Positions 28,451-39,562 of a stretch of 61,990 nt of DNA are shown here, one piece after another; the stretch's first letter is position 1, and each line of letters begins with the position of its first letter. The position numbers were made by a program, and so were the translations under genes. The stretch covers positions 1-61,990 of IMG/VR virus record IMGVR_UViG_3300004461_001625, one strand, 5' to 3'. Below the pieces are notes generated by a model that saw nothing but the letters and a program-made list of their open reading frames with translations, was not told the origin of the DNA and searched no databases. Origin of the DNA: a virus. Lineage: Duplodnaviria > Caudoviricetes.

Positions 28451-28495
28451 CTTTCTAGTATTATTTGATTTATATATTATAACTCTTGATAGTTT

Positions 28496-30142
28496 TTAGA
28501 TTCCAGCTAATGGGTCTTCATCTATTCCATCAGATTTCTTCTCAGGCTTAAAATCTTTAGGATTTGCACCTAACAAGATCTTTTCAATATCTTCTTCTTT
28601 ATAACCATCTGCTTCTAACTCAGTACGTTCTTTAGCTCGAGCATTGGCTTTAATATCATCGCGTGTAAATCCACCATATCTCTTAATTAAGAATCCTAAA
28701 TCAAAATATGGTATTTCTTCCATCTCAGCAGTCATTGTACTTAATTGAGTTTTCATATTACCTATAAAATCAACACGTTTAGTTTGGAGTTCCATCTCTT
28801 TCATTTCTTCAAATACATTATCCTTCATAAAGTTTAATCCTAAACCTGCTTTAAAAGCAATATCATTTTTTAATTCAGGATGGTTAAGACACATTTGAAG
28901 ATATACAGGTTTAACTAGTATTTCTTGAAATATTGATCTTAATCTTGAAATAAACCTTCCAAACTTAATTTCATCTCTTAACATACCACTTGCTTCCATA
29001 TCATATGTATTACCACCTTCTCTATCAAACCTAGAGAATGGTATCTTAGATGCTAATTGTAATTTATCAGAGAAATATTTTAAAGATTCAGTATCTCCTA
29101 AATCAGGACCGTCCCCACCTATTGTTTGAATTTCTGGTGATTCCCCATCTTTAGAAGGTAACCAATATTCTTTATTGAATGGCATCATTGGTTTACCATT
29201 GGTTTGAATCTCACCACTTTCAAAATTAAAGTCTACAACCTCACGATATGAATTCATTAATGTTGCTAGAGATTGCTTTGCTCTTGTTTTAGATTTACCT
29301 CCGACAGGTATTGTAAACTGTGTTTTAAATGAAGCATTAGATACAGCCCAGATAATTCTACTATGTTCCATTATTCTTAAAAGGTTAAAAGATCTTATTA
29401 ATCTTTCCACATAAGATATTCTCATTGGGGAATTTACTGAAGAATATGAAATGTATATTATTTGAGAATCCCATAATGTTCTTTCCTTTGCACCTTCACC
29501 TTTATATTGAATCCAAACTTTTTTACCGTCATCCGTATCGATACCTGGCATTAATGATATTGGATCTAATTCTTTAAAACCAATAATTTCTGTTTGCTTA
29601 TCATTATAAACTATTTCAAATGCAAGAAATCCATCAATTAACCATTTTCTAAAATAATTCCACGGAGCAACCATATCATTAAATCCAAAGTAATTATAGA
29701 TATTATTATATACATCATTAATTTCTTCTTCGATTGATTCTCCAATATGGCCATTAAAGTCTGCATAAGCCATGTAATTAGATTCGTCAAATACAATTGC
29801 TTCATCAGTTAATACATCTAAGATATCTTCTATTTCATCTTGTACTGCAAAGGTTCTAAGTTGGTCTCTTTTTCTAACATAGTCTTGATCAAAAAATGCA
29901 ATATTTTTCTTTAGGTTTGTATCAGTTAATGATAGTGCAGCAAATGCACCATACATATCATCACCATCCGAACCCATAGGATTAAATGAATAACCCATTT
30001 GATTTTCAGTAAAACCTACTGCACGTGAATTACGAATGATCATATCATCGTATGCCATTCCTAAATTAGAAAGATCTTTTAGAAGTCTTCTTACTGGATT
30101 TCCAGTACTTAAAGGACCTCTTCTATCTGTAAAACCTGCCAT
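28496..30142 (-). CDS. portal protein (T4 gp20-like)
   Basis: EIEDILDVLTDEAIV, FRKWLIDG, EYWLP..DG..PEIQTIGG, SKIPFSRF, RDEIKFGRFISRLRSIF. Confidence 0.93.
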   Translation of the reverse strand: MAGFTDRRGPLSTGNPVRRLLKDLSNLGMAYDDMIIRNSRAVGFTENQMGYSFNPMGSDGDDMYGAFAALSLTDTNLKKNIAFFDQDYVRKRDQLRTFAVQDEIEDILDVLTDEAIVFDESNYMAYADFNGHIGESIEEEINDVYNNIYNYFGFNDMVAPWNYFRKWLIDGFLAFEIVYNDKQTEIIGFKELDPISLMPGIDTDDGKKVWIQYKGEGAKERTLWDSQIIYISYSSVNSPMRISYVERLIRSFNLLRIMEHSRIIWAVSNASFKTQFTIPVGGKSKTRAKQSLATLMNSYREVVDFNFESGEIQTNGKPMMPFNKEYWLPSKDGESPEIQTIGGDGPDLGDTESLKYFSDKLQLASKIPFSRFDREGGNTYDMEASGMLRDEIKFGRFISRLRSIFQEILVKPVYLQMCLNHPELKNDIAFKAGLGLNFMKDNVFEEMKEMELQTKRVDFIGNMKTQLSTMTAEMEEIPYFDLGFLIKRYGGFTRDDIKANARAKERTELEADGYKEEDIEKILLGANPKDFKPEKKSDGIDEDPLAGI

Positions 30143-30161
30143 AATCTATTTTTTTATTAGT

Positions 30162-30740
30162 TTATATATTCTTATAGTATAATGCTTGGGCTTGGTTAAT
30201 ATTTCCACCATAAAAATCGCTTTCATTATTAACTGCCCCAACATACCAATCCTCATATCCTAAAACATAAGGGTTTTTCATTTTCTTTATTATATACTGT
30301 CTTGTACAGTAAGTTAAATTATATTTTTTACCAAATGCTTGTTTGACAAATTCCCACCTAAAGGCTGTAATAGGTGCTTGTGAGTCAGGATTGCCTAATG
30401 CTTTACCTTTAGTTAAAGCTGCTATTTGTGTTTTTAGCGATACTGTAAGTTCTGTTAAGAAAGGTATTCTTGCCTCATACGGCATATAATGTAAATTAAT
30501 ACCTAATTGGTGTCCGTTGTCAGATTCTCCTAAACCTATAACTAGTGGATGTGAATCATAAAAAGCCTCATCTTTAGTATAATAATAAAAACTATACATT
30601 TGACCAGGATTTAAAACACCATCAGCCTTTGCAGAAATTCGAGGTATATCTATTTGTGATTGTTTAGATGCACGATTTCTACCTTTACTTTCAGCAAGAT
30701 AAAGTTCTAAGTCTTCTGTAAATGATCCTATTAAAGCCAT
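30162..30740 (-). CDS. DNA end protector protein (T4 gp2-like)
   Basis: PGQMYSFYY, YDSHPLV, GINLHYMP. Confidence 0.75.
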   Translation of the reverse strand: MALIGSFTEDLELYLAESKGRNRASKQSQIDIPRISAKADGVLNPGQMYSFYYYTKDEAFYDSHPLVIGLGESDNGHQLGINLHYMPYEARIPFLTELTVSLKTQIAALTKGKALGNPDSQAPITAFRWEFVKQAFGKKYNLTYCTRQYIIKKMKNPYVLGYEDWYVGAVNNESDFYGGNINQAQALYYKNI

Positions 30741-31222
30741 TAAAATAATTTTGAATCTTCAGTTAATAGCATTACTTTACAATTTCTTTCTTTTGCCATT
30801 TTGTTTAGTGCATTAGTTTTACATAAATTTCTTACATATGATTCGTAAGCATATTTAAAATTCTTTAATGCTTTTGCTGTTTTTCTTTTAGGTTCCTTTG
30901 GTTTTTGTAATTGTGCCTTAGGTTTTATTTCTACTACATATTCTTGAGTCTCATCTCCTTTTTTCATTTTAAAGAAAAAATCAGGATAATACTTATGAAA
31001 CTTATTATCTAGCAAATTAAAATAAGGTATAGAGAAAGGTTCTGATATCCAATAAATCACATCTTCATTATGATCGCACCAATAACAAAATTTTCTTTCC
31101 CAACTACTTCTATATATGATTGGACCTTCCCCTCGATATTTTTGAGGGTACTTAGGTTTATAATAACCTTGTTTAAATCCAGACTTTGAAGTAGGCTTTA
31201 CCTTTTTAATGCTCATAGGCAA
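30740..31222 (-). CDS. head completion nuclease (T4 gp4-like, TnsA-type PD-(D/E)xK)
   Basis: QGYYKPKYPQKY, YRSSWE, WISEP, YYPDF, VEIKP. Confidence 0.88.
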   Translation of the reverse strand: MPMSIKKVKPTSKSGFKQGYYKPKYPQKYRGEGPIIYRSSWERKFCYWCDHNEDVIYWISEPFSIPYFNLLDNKFHKYYPDFFFKMKKGDETQEYVVEIKPKAQLQKPKEPKRKTAKALKNFKYAYESYVRNLCKTNALNKMAKERNCKVMLLTEDSKLF

Positions 31223-31226
31223 TTAA

Positions 31227-31592
31227 CTATATTGTATAAATTCCTTCGCTATCAGCGCTCCCGTTAATTGATACAGTGCCATGATATTTCTTTGGGTGTA
31301 ATTTGTTCCAACCTTTTGCAAATCCTCTTTTTGCTATTTCAGTAAAATAAGCAAATGCATTGGTACTTTTTTCTGGATTAAAATTTCTCCAATATCTATA
31401 AAGATCCATATAAGCATAAGCAATACAATCTTGCCTATCTTCTGGGTTTCTATAAGTTAATTTCCTAGAACACTTATCAGCTAATAACATTAAAAATTCC
31501 AAAGCCTTTGGCGTTAATTCATCCTTTTCTTTAGATAATACAATCTGCTCAAGGAGATCTCTGTTATTTAAATAATTTCTTTTTCTTGCCAT
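31227..31592 (-). CDS. late-transcription sigma factor (T4 gp55-like)
   Basis: NYLNNRDLL, EDRQDCI, NFNPEKSTNAFAYFTEI. Confidence 0.8.
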   Translation of the reverse strand: MARKRNYLNNRDLLEQIVLSKEKDELTPKALEFLMLLADKCSRKLTYRNPEDRQDCIAYAYMDLYRYWRNFNPEKSTNAFAYFTEIAKRGFAKGWNKLHPKKYHGTVSINGSADSEGIYTI

Positions 31593-31620
31593 TAGATTTG
31601 TTTAATTTATTATTATATAC

Positions 31621-31655
31621 AAAAAAGGACCGATTGTTTAATTTCAATCGGTCCT
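31621..31655 (-). terminator. intrinsic terminator overlapping the promoter of the gp55-like gene
   Basis: Stem AGGACCGATTG/CAATCGGTCCT plus T tract; the motif TAAAC-N17-ATATAA occupies 31613..31640. Confidence 0.8.
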
Positions 31656-31686
31656 CTAATTATATTAAACTAGAATGTATTGCAGA

Positions 31687-33585
31687 TTAAATCTTAACCT
31701 CTAGATCACCTTTAGGTAATATTATACTTTTCCCATCCTTAGGAACAATTATACTTAACATATCATCATCGCCTAGAGAAGCATATTCTTCAGCATTAAC
31801 TAAGACTTCTTGTCTCTTTTTAAGACCTTGTCCACTTTTTTTAACCGATGCTTCTACGAAACCATCATTTAAATAGTCGTCTTTACTTTTTTTTTCAGAA
31901 ATATATGAATCAGCTAATTCTTTTTCTTTTCCTTTTAACTCTTCAGCTAATAAATTTAAAGCTTCAGTTAATTCTTCAGTTTCACCTAACTTTTTAATAG
32001 CGGCTTCAACTTCAGCTTTCTTTTCTTCTAAGAAAGAAATAGAATCAGTAAGATCTTTTCTTTTGTTTTCATCAATTGCCTTTTCATTATTCTCTGCAAT
32101 TAATCTTTCAGAAAGAATTGGAGAAACATCAAAGTTAATAAATTCTTTTACTATTTCAACAGTTTCAGTAGCAGTATCAATTTTTACCATTTCATTTAAG
32201 TTCATTCCAGGATTTACTTTATTAATGTAAATACCTTCATTTACCCCAATCATTGTTAAAAATACATCTAAGAATTCTTGATTTTGTACTGTTGTAAAAT
32301 TATCCATTTCAGCGATTAAATCAACTGATTCAAAGAATTTACAGATTTTATCATTTTGCCATTGGTTTCTGTATCCTGAAAAGTTAGTTGCTAATAAAGA
32401 TTCTTTTAATTCAATTATACTGTAGTTAGTCATATTAACTTTACCCATTGTTAAAGTTCCTTCAGTAATGTTATATTCTAATGATTTACCATTTTCTCCA
32501 TGTAATGAAAGAATGTTTCCATTTCTTGAGAACATATTTAAACCTTCAGATACATCGAAGAATCTTGGATCAGTTACATTAGCTTCAGTAATGTCAGTTC
32601 CATTATAAGTATAATTCTTTCCATGTAAGTGGAATGTTAATCCTTCTTCAGATTCTAATACTGGAGAAAGAACAGATACAACTTTACCATTTGCAGTAGA
32701 TGCAACTTTTTGATCTTCAGCATTCATTTCATTTACTATTTGCTTAGCATCCATTGACCATGGGTGTTTTGTAGCAACAACAGCAAATTTAGATTTTACA
32801 TCTGATTCATTTAATAAAGAAACTAAATCAGAATTAAATGATTCCATTAATTTTCCTTTTTGATTTGAAGTTCTTTCAATAGATTCACTAATTCTAAAGT
32901 ACCATTTGGAATTATTATATGATTCCATTATATACTCTCTTAATTCAGAAATTGGATTTAACCAAGTTGACTGAGCTAATTTAGTATATAAGTTTCTTGC
33001 AATTTTAAATTTAAGGTCCGGGCTAACTGAATTTTCTAGTTCTTCACTAATTGCAGTAAGATCGGCATTTTTAAGTTTCATTGGAAATGCAGTTATTGCT
33101 TCTTCCAAAATAGTTAAAGATTCTTTAACAGAATACGAAACCCTGGAATTGTCATTATCCATTGCCTTCAATCCATTAATGCTATCCATAACGTTTTCGT
33201 ACAGGTCTGTTAATGTAAATTTCATTTTGTTATGATTTTTTTGATTATTATTTTCAGTGTATATATCGGACTGTTCTTTAGTCATTTCACGATATTTTGC
33301 AATACCACTCATTGCCATTTGCTGTGGAATTCCCATCCCAACTAATATTGCCATGACTTGTTGATCTGTCATAGACTCACTATGAGTAATTTTTCCATCT
33401 ATATTATCTCCAGTTGGTGCCACATCTGACATTTTACCACTTTGGCTAAATAATACATGAATTATATCTATTAATTGTTGCTTAGGGTTATTAAGATAAA
33501 GGGCATTAGTATTTACACCAGGTTGAGCATCAATTGCCCCATCTGCATAAACTTGTGTTTGTCCTTCGTTAACTGTGTTTTCCAT
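31687..33585 (-). CDS. hypothetical protein, probably virion/prohead-associated
   Basis: 632 aa, acidic, C-terminal coiled coil, late-class motif at 33607..33615. Confidence 0.45.
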   Translation of the reverse strand: MENTVNEGQTQVYADGAIDAQPGVNTNALYLNNPKQQLIDIIHVLFSQSGKMSDVAPTGDNIDGKITHSESMTDQQVMAILVGMGIPQQMAMSGIAKYREMTKEQSDIYTENNNQKNHNKMKFTLTDLYENVMDSINGLKAMDNDNSRVSYSVKESLTILEEAITAFPMKLKNADLTAISEELENSVSPDLKFKIARNLYTKLAQSTWLNPISELREYIMESYNNSKWYFRISESIERTSNQKGKLMESFNSDLVSLLNESDVKSKFAVVATKHPWSMDAKQIVNEMNAEDQKVASTANGKVVSVLSPVLESEEGLTFHLHGKNYTYNGTDITEANVTDPRFFDVSEGLNMFSRNGNILSLHGENGKSLEYNITEGTLTMGKVNMTNYSIIELKESLLATNFSGYRNQWQNDKICKFFESVDLIAEMDNFTTVQNQEFLDVFLTMIGVNEGIYINKVNPGMNLNEMVKIDTATETVEIVKEFINFDVSPILSERLIAENNEKAIDENKRKDLTDSISFLEEKKAEVEAAIKKLGETEELTEALNLLAEELKGKEKELADSYISEKKSKDDYLNDGFVEASVKKSGQGLKKRQEVLVNAEEYASLGDDDMLSIIVPKDGKSIILPKGDLEVKI

Positions 33586-33636
33586 ATTACACTATTTGAT
33601 TTGTTTTATATATTATAAGTCTCTTTGATTAATTGT

Positions 33637-34638
33637 TTATCCATCAAAACCTGAATCAACACTTCCTAATCCTGATTCATCTACTTTAGGTTTAGCCTTT
33701 GCATTCCTATAATTTAAACTTTCTAAGGATTCAGGAACTATTGGAGCGGACGTTATAGTTGCATCTAAATAAGGACCTCCTGTTTGTATAGCATCTGGAT
33801 TAATATAACCTTTATTGCTGAAAGTTCCACTAGGCTGAACTTTCAATAAACTTTCTTCTGTATAATTAAATTTTTGAAATATTCCACCAAAGTATATTCC
33901 TAATTCATTGTCTATACCTGATCTTAACATTCCTACACCTGCAGCTTTAGGGTTAGCTTTAATTGCTGCTTTAGTCATTAAACTTATTTCAGGAATTAAA
34001 ATACCATGTTCAAATACTGGCATAAATGAAGCTACTTCGATAGGAAAGGTTACACTCCATTCTTTTTTATCATTTAACTGAAATTCAAATAATCTATTTT
34101 GAGTATAGTCTTCTGGGACTGCAAAACTGGCCTGAACTCTCATCATGCCTAGATCAACTTGAAACAGTGTATTTTTATAAATCTTACTCATTAAAGATTC
34201 AGTAACCTTTAACATTTCTAAATTAGAAGAGCATACTACTGTGCAATCAAACGACATGTTAAGAGGTAAAAAGTTAGTCTCCATTGAAAAGGTTTTTAAT
34301 ATACCTTCCCATTCTTGAACAAACTCACCTCTAGCGAACTTATTTGTTTGGTTACCTGAATCTATGGATATGCCAGTTAGCTGTACTATACCTCTTGGTA
34401 CTGTCTCATAGTCACCAATAGCCTTACCTGAGGCTTCGGCATCAAACAAAAAATTATCCATTAAAAATCTACCGTCTCCTGTTATTGAATAAAAGAAAGG
34501 AACTGGTATTTTCTTTAAAGTATCTTCATCTATTTGATTATAATAATAAACCTTATCTTTTAGTTCTGCTAAAAGAGCTACTATAATATAACGTAGTATA
34601 GTATTGTCTTTATTAAACTCTTGATTATATGCTGACAT
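33637..34638 (-). CDS. tail terminator/sheath stabiliser (T4 gp15-like)
   Basis: ILRYIIVALL, KIPVPFFY, VPRG, PLNMSFD pattern; late-class motif upstream. Confidence 0.6.
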   Translation of the reverse strand: MSAYNQEFNKDNTILRYIIVALLAELKDKVYYYNQIDEDTLKKIPVPFFYSITGDGRFLMDNFLFDAEASGKAIGDYETVPRGIVQLTGISIDSGNQTNKFARGEFVQEWEGILKTFSMETNFLPLNMSFDCTVVCSSNLEMLKVTESLMSKIYKNTLFQVDLGMMRVQASFAVPEDYTQNRLFEFQLNDKKEWSVTFPIEVASFMPVFEHGILIPEISLMTKAAIKANPKAAGVGMLRSGIDNELGIYFGGIFQKFNYTEESLLKVQPSGTFSNKGYINPDAIQTGGPYLDATITSAPIVPESLESLNYRNAKAKPKVDESGLGSVDSGFDG

Positions 34639-34669
34639 TCGTCATGTTTAATTTTTTCTTGTATTATAT

Positions 34670-36340
34670 TTATCCAATAGTTTCAATTGTAAATTCACTA
34701 AAGCCTGCATCTTTTGTTATTTCTAACTTTTTATCAAAATATTCACTAGGTAATACTGTATGATTAATCACAAATGTATTTAATCCTATATCTTGTATAG
34801 TATCATGAAGTATATTAATTATATGATATACACCATCAGAATCAATAGAAGAAAAGATTTCATCTAAAAATAAAATATTTAAAGATGGGAACCTAACTTT
34901 AATCATTTTCATCAATGCCATAATAATTACAAAGTCTACTTTTTTCTTTTCACCTGTGCTTAATGTCTTTGCACTTATTTCAGTTCCTAAGTGATGTAAT
35001 GTACAATAAAACTTTTCATTAAATCTAATACCAAATGGAATTCCCATTTCTCTTCCCATTAAAAGTATATGATTATTAAAAGAAGGTAAGATAGATCTTA
35101 CTGCTAAATTCTTTATACCATCTTCACCCATTAAGTTTTCTAAGATAGTTAAATAAAAATCATCTGCTTCACTTTTTAGTTTACCATTTGACTTTTCAGT
35201 TTTGCGAATTTTAAAATCTTTCACCAATTGTTTTAAATTGGTAGACGAATCTGATTCATCCTTTTCAGATAATTCAATTAACTTATCTTTAATAGCTTCC
35301 ATTTGAGTTTCTAATTGACCAGCCTTAACATGAATCTGCCTACCTTTTGTTCTTAAATCTGTTAACTTAGATTCTGCTTCTTCATATTGAATTTTAATAA
35401 CCTCAAATTGTTTAGTAAGAGTTATTAATGATTTTTCCTTTTCTTTTTTAATATCTAAGTGAAAGTCTGAAGTAAGAGGAGCTGTACATGTTGGGCATGT
35501 AGAATTTTCAAATAATTTTAAATCTTTTTTAACATTTAAAATTTGATGATTAAGAGAGGAGTGATCTGTTGCTTTTTTTCTAGAATCCTTATCTAATTCT
35601 TCAAGCTTTAGCTTTGTTGTTTGTGTAAATGTATTTAATTTTTTTCTATTTTCATTTAAAGAAATTAAATCTTCCTTTAATTTTTTAACTTTAGATTTAT
35701 CCTTTTCTGCTGTTAATAATTCTATTTGTTCTATCTTATCATAAACCGAGCCAATGGATTCATTAAGAGTTCTTATTTCATCTTCATAAGTTCTAATTTC
35801 TTCAATGATTCCTTTTCTTTTTTCTTTAACAGCTTCAGCCATTTCATTAATAATTGAAAAGCCAAATATTTTATCAATAATTCTTTTCTTATCATAAGGA
35901 GACATTGTAATAAAAGATTTAAAATCATTTACCGATAAAATAATTACATTCTTAAAAACATGATATGGTATTTCATAAATTTCTGTTTCTAAAAAATCTT
36001 GTAAATTTACTTTACCTGCAACATCATATTCAGAACCATTAATCTTAACATTAAATATGCCTGGATTAATTCCTCTTTCTATTTCAATTTTATTACCTTT
36101 TGATTCTAACCATATTCTTCCATAAAGTTCTCCATTTACTCTGTTAGGTAAATCTTTTAACGTTGAGCCTTCTACTTTACCATAACATAAATAAGTTATA
36201 ACTTTTGCTAGTGTACTTTTACCAGCACCGTTTCCGCCTAGTACTAAGTATAAGTTGCTCTTATCTTCTTCAAAATCTATTATTTGCAATCTATTTCCAT
36301 AACTTGCAAAATTCTTAAACTCTACCTTTTTAATTTTCAT
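34670..36340 (-). CDS. SbcC/Rad50-like recombination ATPase (T4 gp46)
   Basis: GGNGAGKST, CPTC zinc hook in a coiled coil, LSTGEK, FLDEIFSSID. Confidence 0.93.
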   Translation of the reverse strand: MKIKKVEFKNFASYGNRLQIIDFEEDKSNLYLVLGGNGAGKSTLAKVITYLCYGKVEGSTLKDLPNRVNGELYGRIWLESKGNKIEIERGINPGIFNVKINGSEYDVAGKVNLQDFLETEIYEIPYHVFKNVIILSVNDFKSFITMSPYDKKRIIDKIFGFSIINEMAEAVKEKRKGIIEEIRTYEDEIRTLNESIGSVYDKIEQIELLTAEKDKSKVKKLKEDLISLNENRKKLNTFTQTTKLKLEELDKDSRKKATDHSSLNHQILNVKKDLKLFENSTCPTCTAPLTSDFHLDIKKEKEKSLITLTKQFEVIKIQYEEAESKLTDLRTKGRQIHVKAGQLETQMEAIKDKLIELSEKDESDSSTNLKQLVKDFKIRKTEKSNGKLKSEADDFYLTILENLMGEDGIKNLAVRSILPSFNNHILLMGREMGIPFGIRFNEKFYCTLHHLGTEISAKTLSTGEKKKVDFVIIMALMKMIKVRFPSLNILFLDEIFSSIDSDGVYHIINILHDTIQDIGLNTFVINHTVLPSEYFDKKLEITKDAGFSEFTIETIG

Positions 36341-37418
36341 GGTTTGGAGATAATGTTCTTTTATATAATTCTTGCACTGATACCTTTAGTCTTTCCTTTA
36401 AATCTTCATCATAATCTAAAGAATTAATATGCTCTGCTGCAATATTCATTAAGTTTAATTCACCGTTAAAATCTGACATTTCACCATCTTCTCTATCATA
36501 AGGATTTTCTTCATCATAAATCCTCGGTTCTAATTTTCTAGCTAAACCGTCAAGATAATCCATAAACATATTAATATTATACTTACCTAATACATTAGAA
36601 GGAATAAAAACATCTACAAAATTATCTTGTATTTCCTTTGCAACATCTTCCATTCTCATTTCTAATATTTCATTAATATAATATCTAATAAAAATAGGGC
36701 TTACATGATTTTCAAAAAACTGATGCTTTCCAGTTTCTAAATCTAATAAGTATATCCCTTTTTGATTATCCCTATCAGATCTTGTCATTTGATAAGGGTT
36801 TCCTACAAGAACAAAATTTTCTTTATCTTGTCTATAGTGAATATGGCCAGAATAAACTCTCTTAAATCTTTTAAAGATTCCTACCTCATTTCCACCGTCA
36901 TGTAAATGTTTTGTACTAGGACTAGTCTGAACCCCTCGAGTTTCAGTATGACAAAACATATAATCAATCTTATCTTTAATATTATCTAAAGTTTCTTTTT
37001 CATGTTCATGATTTCTTCTCCACGGCATTAATAAACACGTAGCATCTTTATATTTTAAAACCTTAGGTTCTTTTAATACGTTTACATTAGGTAAATATTT
37101 TAAACAGTCAACAGATGATATTTCATTACTGTTTTTTCTCATTATATCATGATTACCTACAATGATATGAATATCTGGAAATATCTTTCCTAATTCTTCA
37201 AATACTCTAATGGCTAAATCTTGTGCTGCTAAATTAACACTTTGTCTGTTATCAAATACATCACCTAAATGATAAAGAACATCACCTTTCTTATATTCTT
37301 TTTTTACTAAAGGTATAAAGAATTCAAAAAAGTAATCTTCAATTATTTTAAGCCATAAAACAGAATTTGACCTGCAGCCTAAATGAGAATCGGATAACAT
37401 CCATATTCTTTTTGTCAT
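36330..37418 (-). CDS. SbcD/Mre11-like nuclease (T4 gp47)
   Basis: SDSHLG, LGDVFD, GNHD, SGHIH. Confidence 0.93.
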   Translation of the reverse strand: MTKRIWMLSDSHLGCRSNSVLWLKIIEDYFFEFFIPLVKKEYKKGDVLYHLGDVFDNRQSVNLAAQDLAIRVFEELGKIFPDIHIIVGNHDIMRKNSNEISSVDCLKYLPNVNVLKEPKVLKYKDATCLLMPWRRNHEHEKETLDNIKDKIDYMFCHTETRGVQTSPSTKHLHDGGNEVGIFKRFKRVYSGHIHYRQDKENFVLVGNPYQMTRSDRDNQKGIYLLDLETGKHQFFENHVSPIFIRYYINEILEMRMEDVAKEIQDNFVDVFIPSNVLGKYNINMFMDYLDGLARKLEPRIYDEENPYDREDGEMSDFNGELNLMNIAAEHINSLDYDEDLKERLKVSVQELYKRTLSPNHEN

Positions 37419-37419
37419 A

Positions 37420-37914
37420 TTAAAATAATTTTCTAATTTTTCTTTTTTCTAAAATATTGTATTTTGCATCTAATTCTTTTATAAGCTCATCCTTAAATTT
37501 ATTGGATAATGAATTGTAAAATTTATTAGGAAATACATCAAAATAATCTGAAAGAACACTAAATAAATCTATTCTAGTATAATCATCACCTGTGTTTTCT
37601 ATAATATAAAAAAAGACTTTATTAATTTGAACTTTATTTAATTTTTTAATAACGCCTTCTGGTGTTGCTTCGTTTAAATGCTCAAATTCACTACCTTTAA
37701 TTAATTTATCAATTACTTCAAATAACGAATCATAGTGCTGTTTATCATCTGGATCCATTCCGTCTAACCATGACGATGATACTGTAAAGTTTATCTTTTG
37801 GCCACCTAAATCCTGTTCTCCATAAGTATTATTAAAAATCTTATCTTTTTCTTGATAGCCTGATTTTTTATCTTCTTCTGCTTTTGTAAGTTTCTTTTTC
37901 TTTTTACCCCACAT
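37420..37914 (-). CDS. hypothetical protein
   Basis: 164-aa ORF between helicase and gp47; no family recognised. Confidence 0.7.
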   Translation of the reverse strand: MWGKKKKKLTKAEEDKKSGYQEKDKIFNNTYGEQDLGGQKINFTVSSSWLDGMDPDDKQHYDSLFEVIDKLIKGSEFEHLNEATPEGVIKKLNKVQINKVFFYIIENTGDDYTRIDLFSVLSDYFDVFPNKFYNSLSNKFKDELIKELDAKYNILEKRKIRKLF

Positions 37915-37931
37915 AATGTTTTATTTTATTT

Positions 37932-39218
37932 TTATCCTGATATATCATCAGTTTCTGTTAATCTCATATGTTCATAGTCAATATTAAACCTACATCTTGA
38001 TCCCTTTCCTTGACCGTCTCTAATTTTTAAAACCTTTAACCAATATTCACGCTCAGCATGCATTACTGAATCTTGTATCAGTGCATACATTACATCGGCA
38101 GTATGCGCAAGACCTGCGGATTCTGCTATATTTTCCATTCTTACTTCTGTTGCATCCCATGCGCCACGATTAATCTGAGTAGCAGAGATAACTAGCATAT
38201 CTCTTTTAACTGCTAATGCTCTAAGATCTTCAGCTATTTGCTTAATCTTCATATAAGTATTTTCAGTATTAGGATTTCTATAATTTGCAAGAATATTAAT
38301 ATAATCTACAACTAATACATTTACTTTATGATCTGTTGATTCTTCTAAATCTTTTAAGTATGATTCAATATCTGGTATAGTTCCTTGTGAAGTTGGATAT
38401 TCTTTAACAAATAATTTACCAGGAGGTAATAAACCCCTAGATACCTTTTCCAACTTTCTTTTCATATAATCCCTATTAGTTGCATTTTTATCATAATCAC
38501 TCATTGGAACATGTAAAAGATTAGCACCTATTCTTTTTAATACCTTTTGAGCTGACATTTCTGCTGTTATAAAAACTACATTATGCCCCATCTTTACAAA
38601 ATTGGCTGCATCGTTTGCTAACCATATAGATTTACCAATGTTTTGTTCTCCTGCATAAACTATTAATGATTTAGTATCATAACCTCCACCAGATACTCGG
38701 TCTACAAAGCTCCAACCTGTTTCTATTTTCTTTGATGTTCTTTGAATATGAGATTCAGGATTAAAGAAATCTAAACCTGTATCAGTATCAAAATTAATTG
38801 ACCCATCAGTTGAGATCATTCCTATTGCGCGCTGAACTACATCCTCTACATTTTCTGGTGATACATCTTGAGTTTTTACATATTCAATTGTTCTAACTAA
38901 TTGTTTATCAAAATGTTTCCATTTAACCCACGCCTCTCCAGTTCTCTTTAACCAATCTTGATCATATTCATTAATATTAATATCAAAAACAGATTTTACA
39001 ATATCCTGAGATATCTCATTAGGGTCATCCTTAACTAAAGCTGACATCTGTTGTTTAGACGGGCTTTCGCCAAATTTTAAATAGAAATCTTTTGAGAGTT
39101 TTGCAATCTGATCTAAATCTCTATTTGCAAAAAAGCCTTTACCTGTTCCTTTCAGATAATGTGGCTTTGTTAAAAAATAGTTAAAGAAAATCTTTTCGTG
39201 ATCTATACTTGATTTCAT
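37932..39218 (-). CDS. replicative DnaB-like helicase (T4 gp41)
   Basis: GEQNIGKS, ITAEMS, VVDYINI, SATQINR, AESAGL..TAD, KIRDG. Confidence 0.93.
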   Translation of the reverse strand: MKSSIDHEKIFFNYFLTKPHYLKGTGKGFFANRDLDQIAKLSKDFYLKFGESPSKQQMSALVKDDPNEISQDIVKSVFDININEYDQDWLKRTGEAWVKWKHFDKQLVRTIEYVKTQDVSPENVEDVVQRAIGMISTDGSINFDTDTGLDFFNPESHIQRTSKKIETGWSFVDRVSGGGYDTKSLIVYAGEQNIGKSIWLANDAANFVKMGHNVVFITAEMSAQKVLKRIGANLLHVPMSDYDKNATNRDYMKRKLEKVSRGLLPPGKLFVKEYPTSQGTIPDIESYLKDLEESTDHKVNVLVVDYINILANYRNPNTENTYMKIKQIAEDLRALAVKRDMLVISATQINRGAWDATEVRMENIAESAGLAHTADVMYALIQDSVMHAEREYWLKVLKIRDGQGKGSRCRFNIDYEHMRLTETDDISG

Positions 39219-39256
39219 GTAGTTTTATTTTTATATGCTAAAAAACATATTTAGTT

Positions 39257-39562
39257 TTATTGATAAGGATTATAGATTACTTCATAAGTTGTATATGCAG
39301 AATTCTGTAAAGATATTTCTAAAAACTTATGCTTTAATAATTCTTTTAAAATAATATCACATTGTTCTTTGGATAAGTTCCAGCGTTTTGCCATTGAAAC
39401 ATCTGTAAATTTTATGTCTTTAGAAACTTTCCCACAGTAGTCTCTAATTAATTCAAAAAGTATATCTTCAGCATCAGGGTAATGTGGCAATGTTGTGTGG
39501 TTTCCTAATACATACTTTACTTTAAGCTTTGTAGTATTAAGAGTTTTCGGTAACATCATCAA
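39257..39562 (-). CDS. small hypothetical protein, possible winged helix
   Basis: SMAKRWNLSKEQCDIILKELLKHKFLE resembles an HTH/wing; between uvsX and helicase. Confidence 0.5.
   Translation of the reverse strand: MMMLPKTLNTTKLKVKYVLGNHTTLPHYPDAEDILFELIRDYCGKVSKDIKFTDVSMAKRWNLSKEQCDIILKELLKHKFLEISLQNSAYTTYEVIYNPYQ

Noticed and set aside
37420-37914. Assignment as a T4 gp33-like late co-activator
   Set aside because: The position is suggestive but no motif could be recognised
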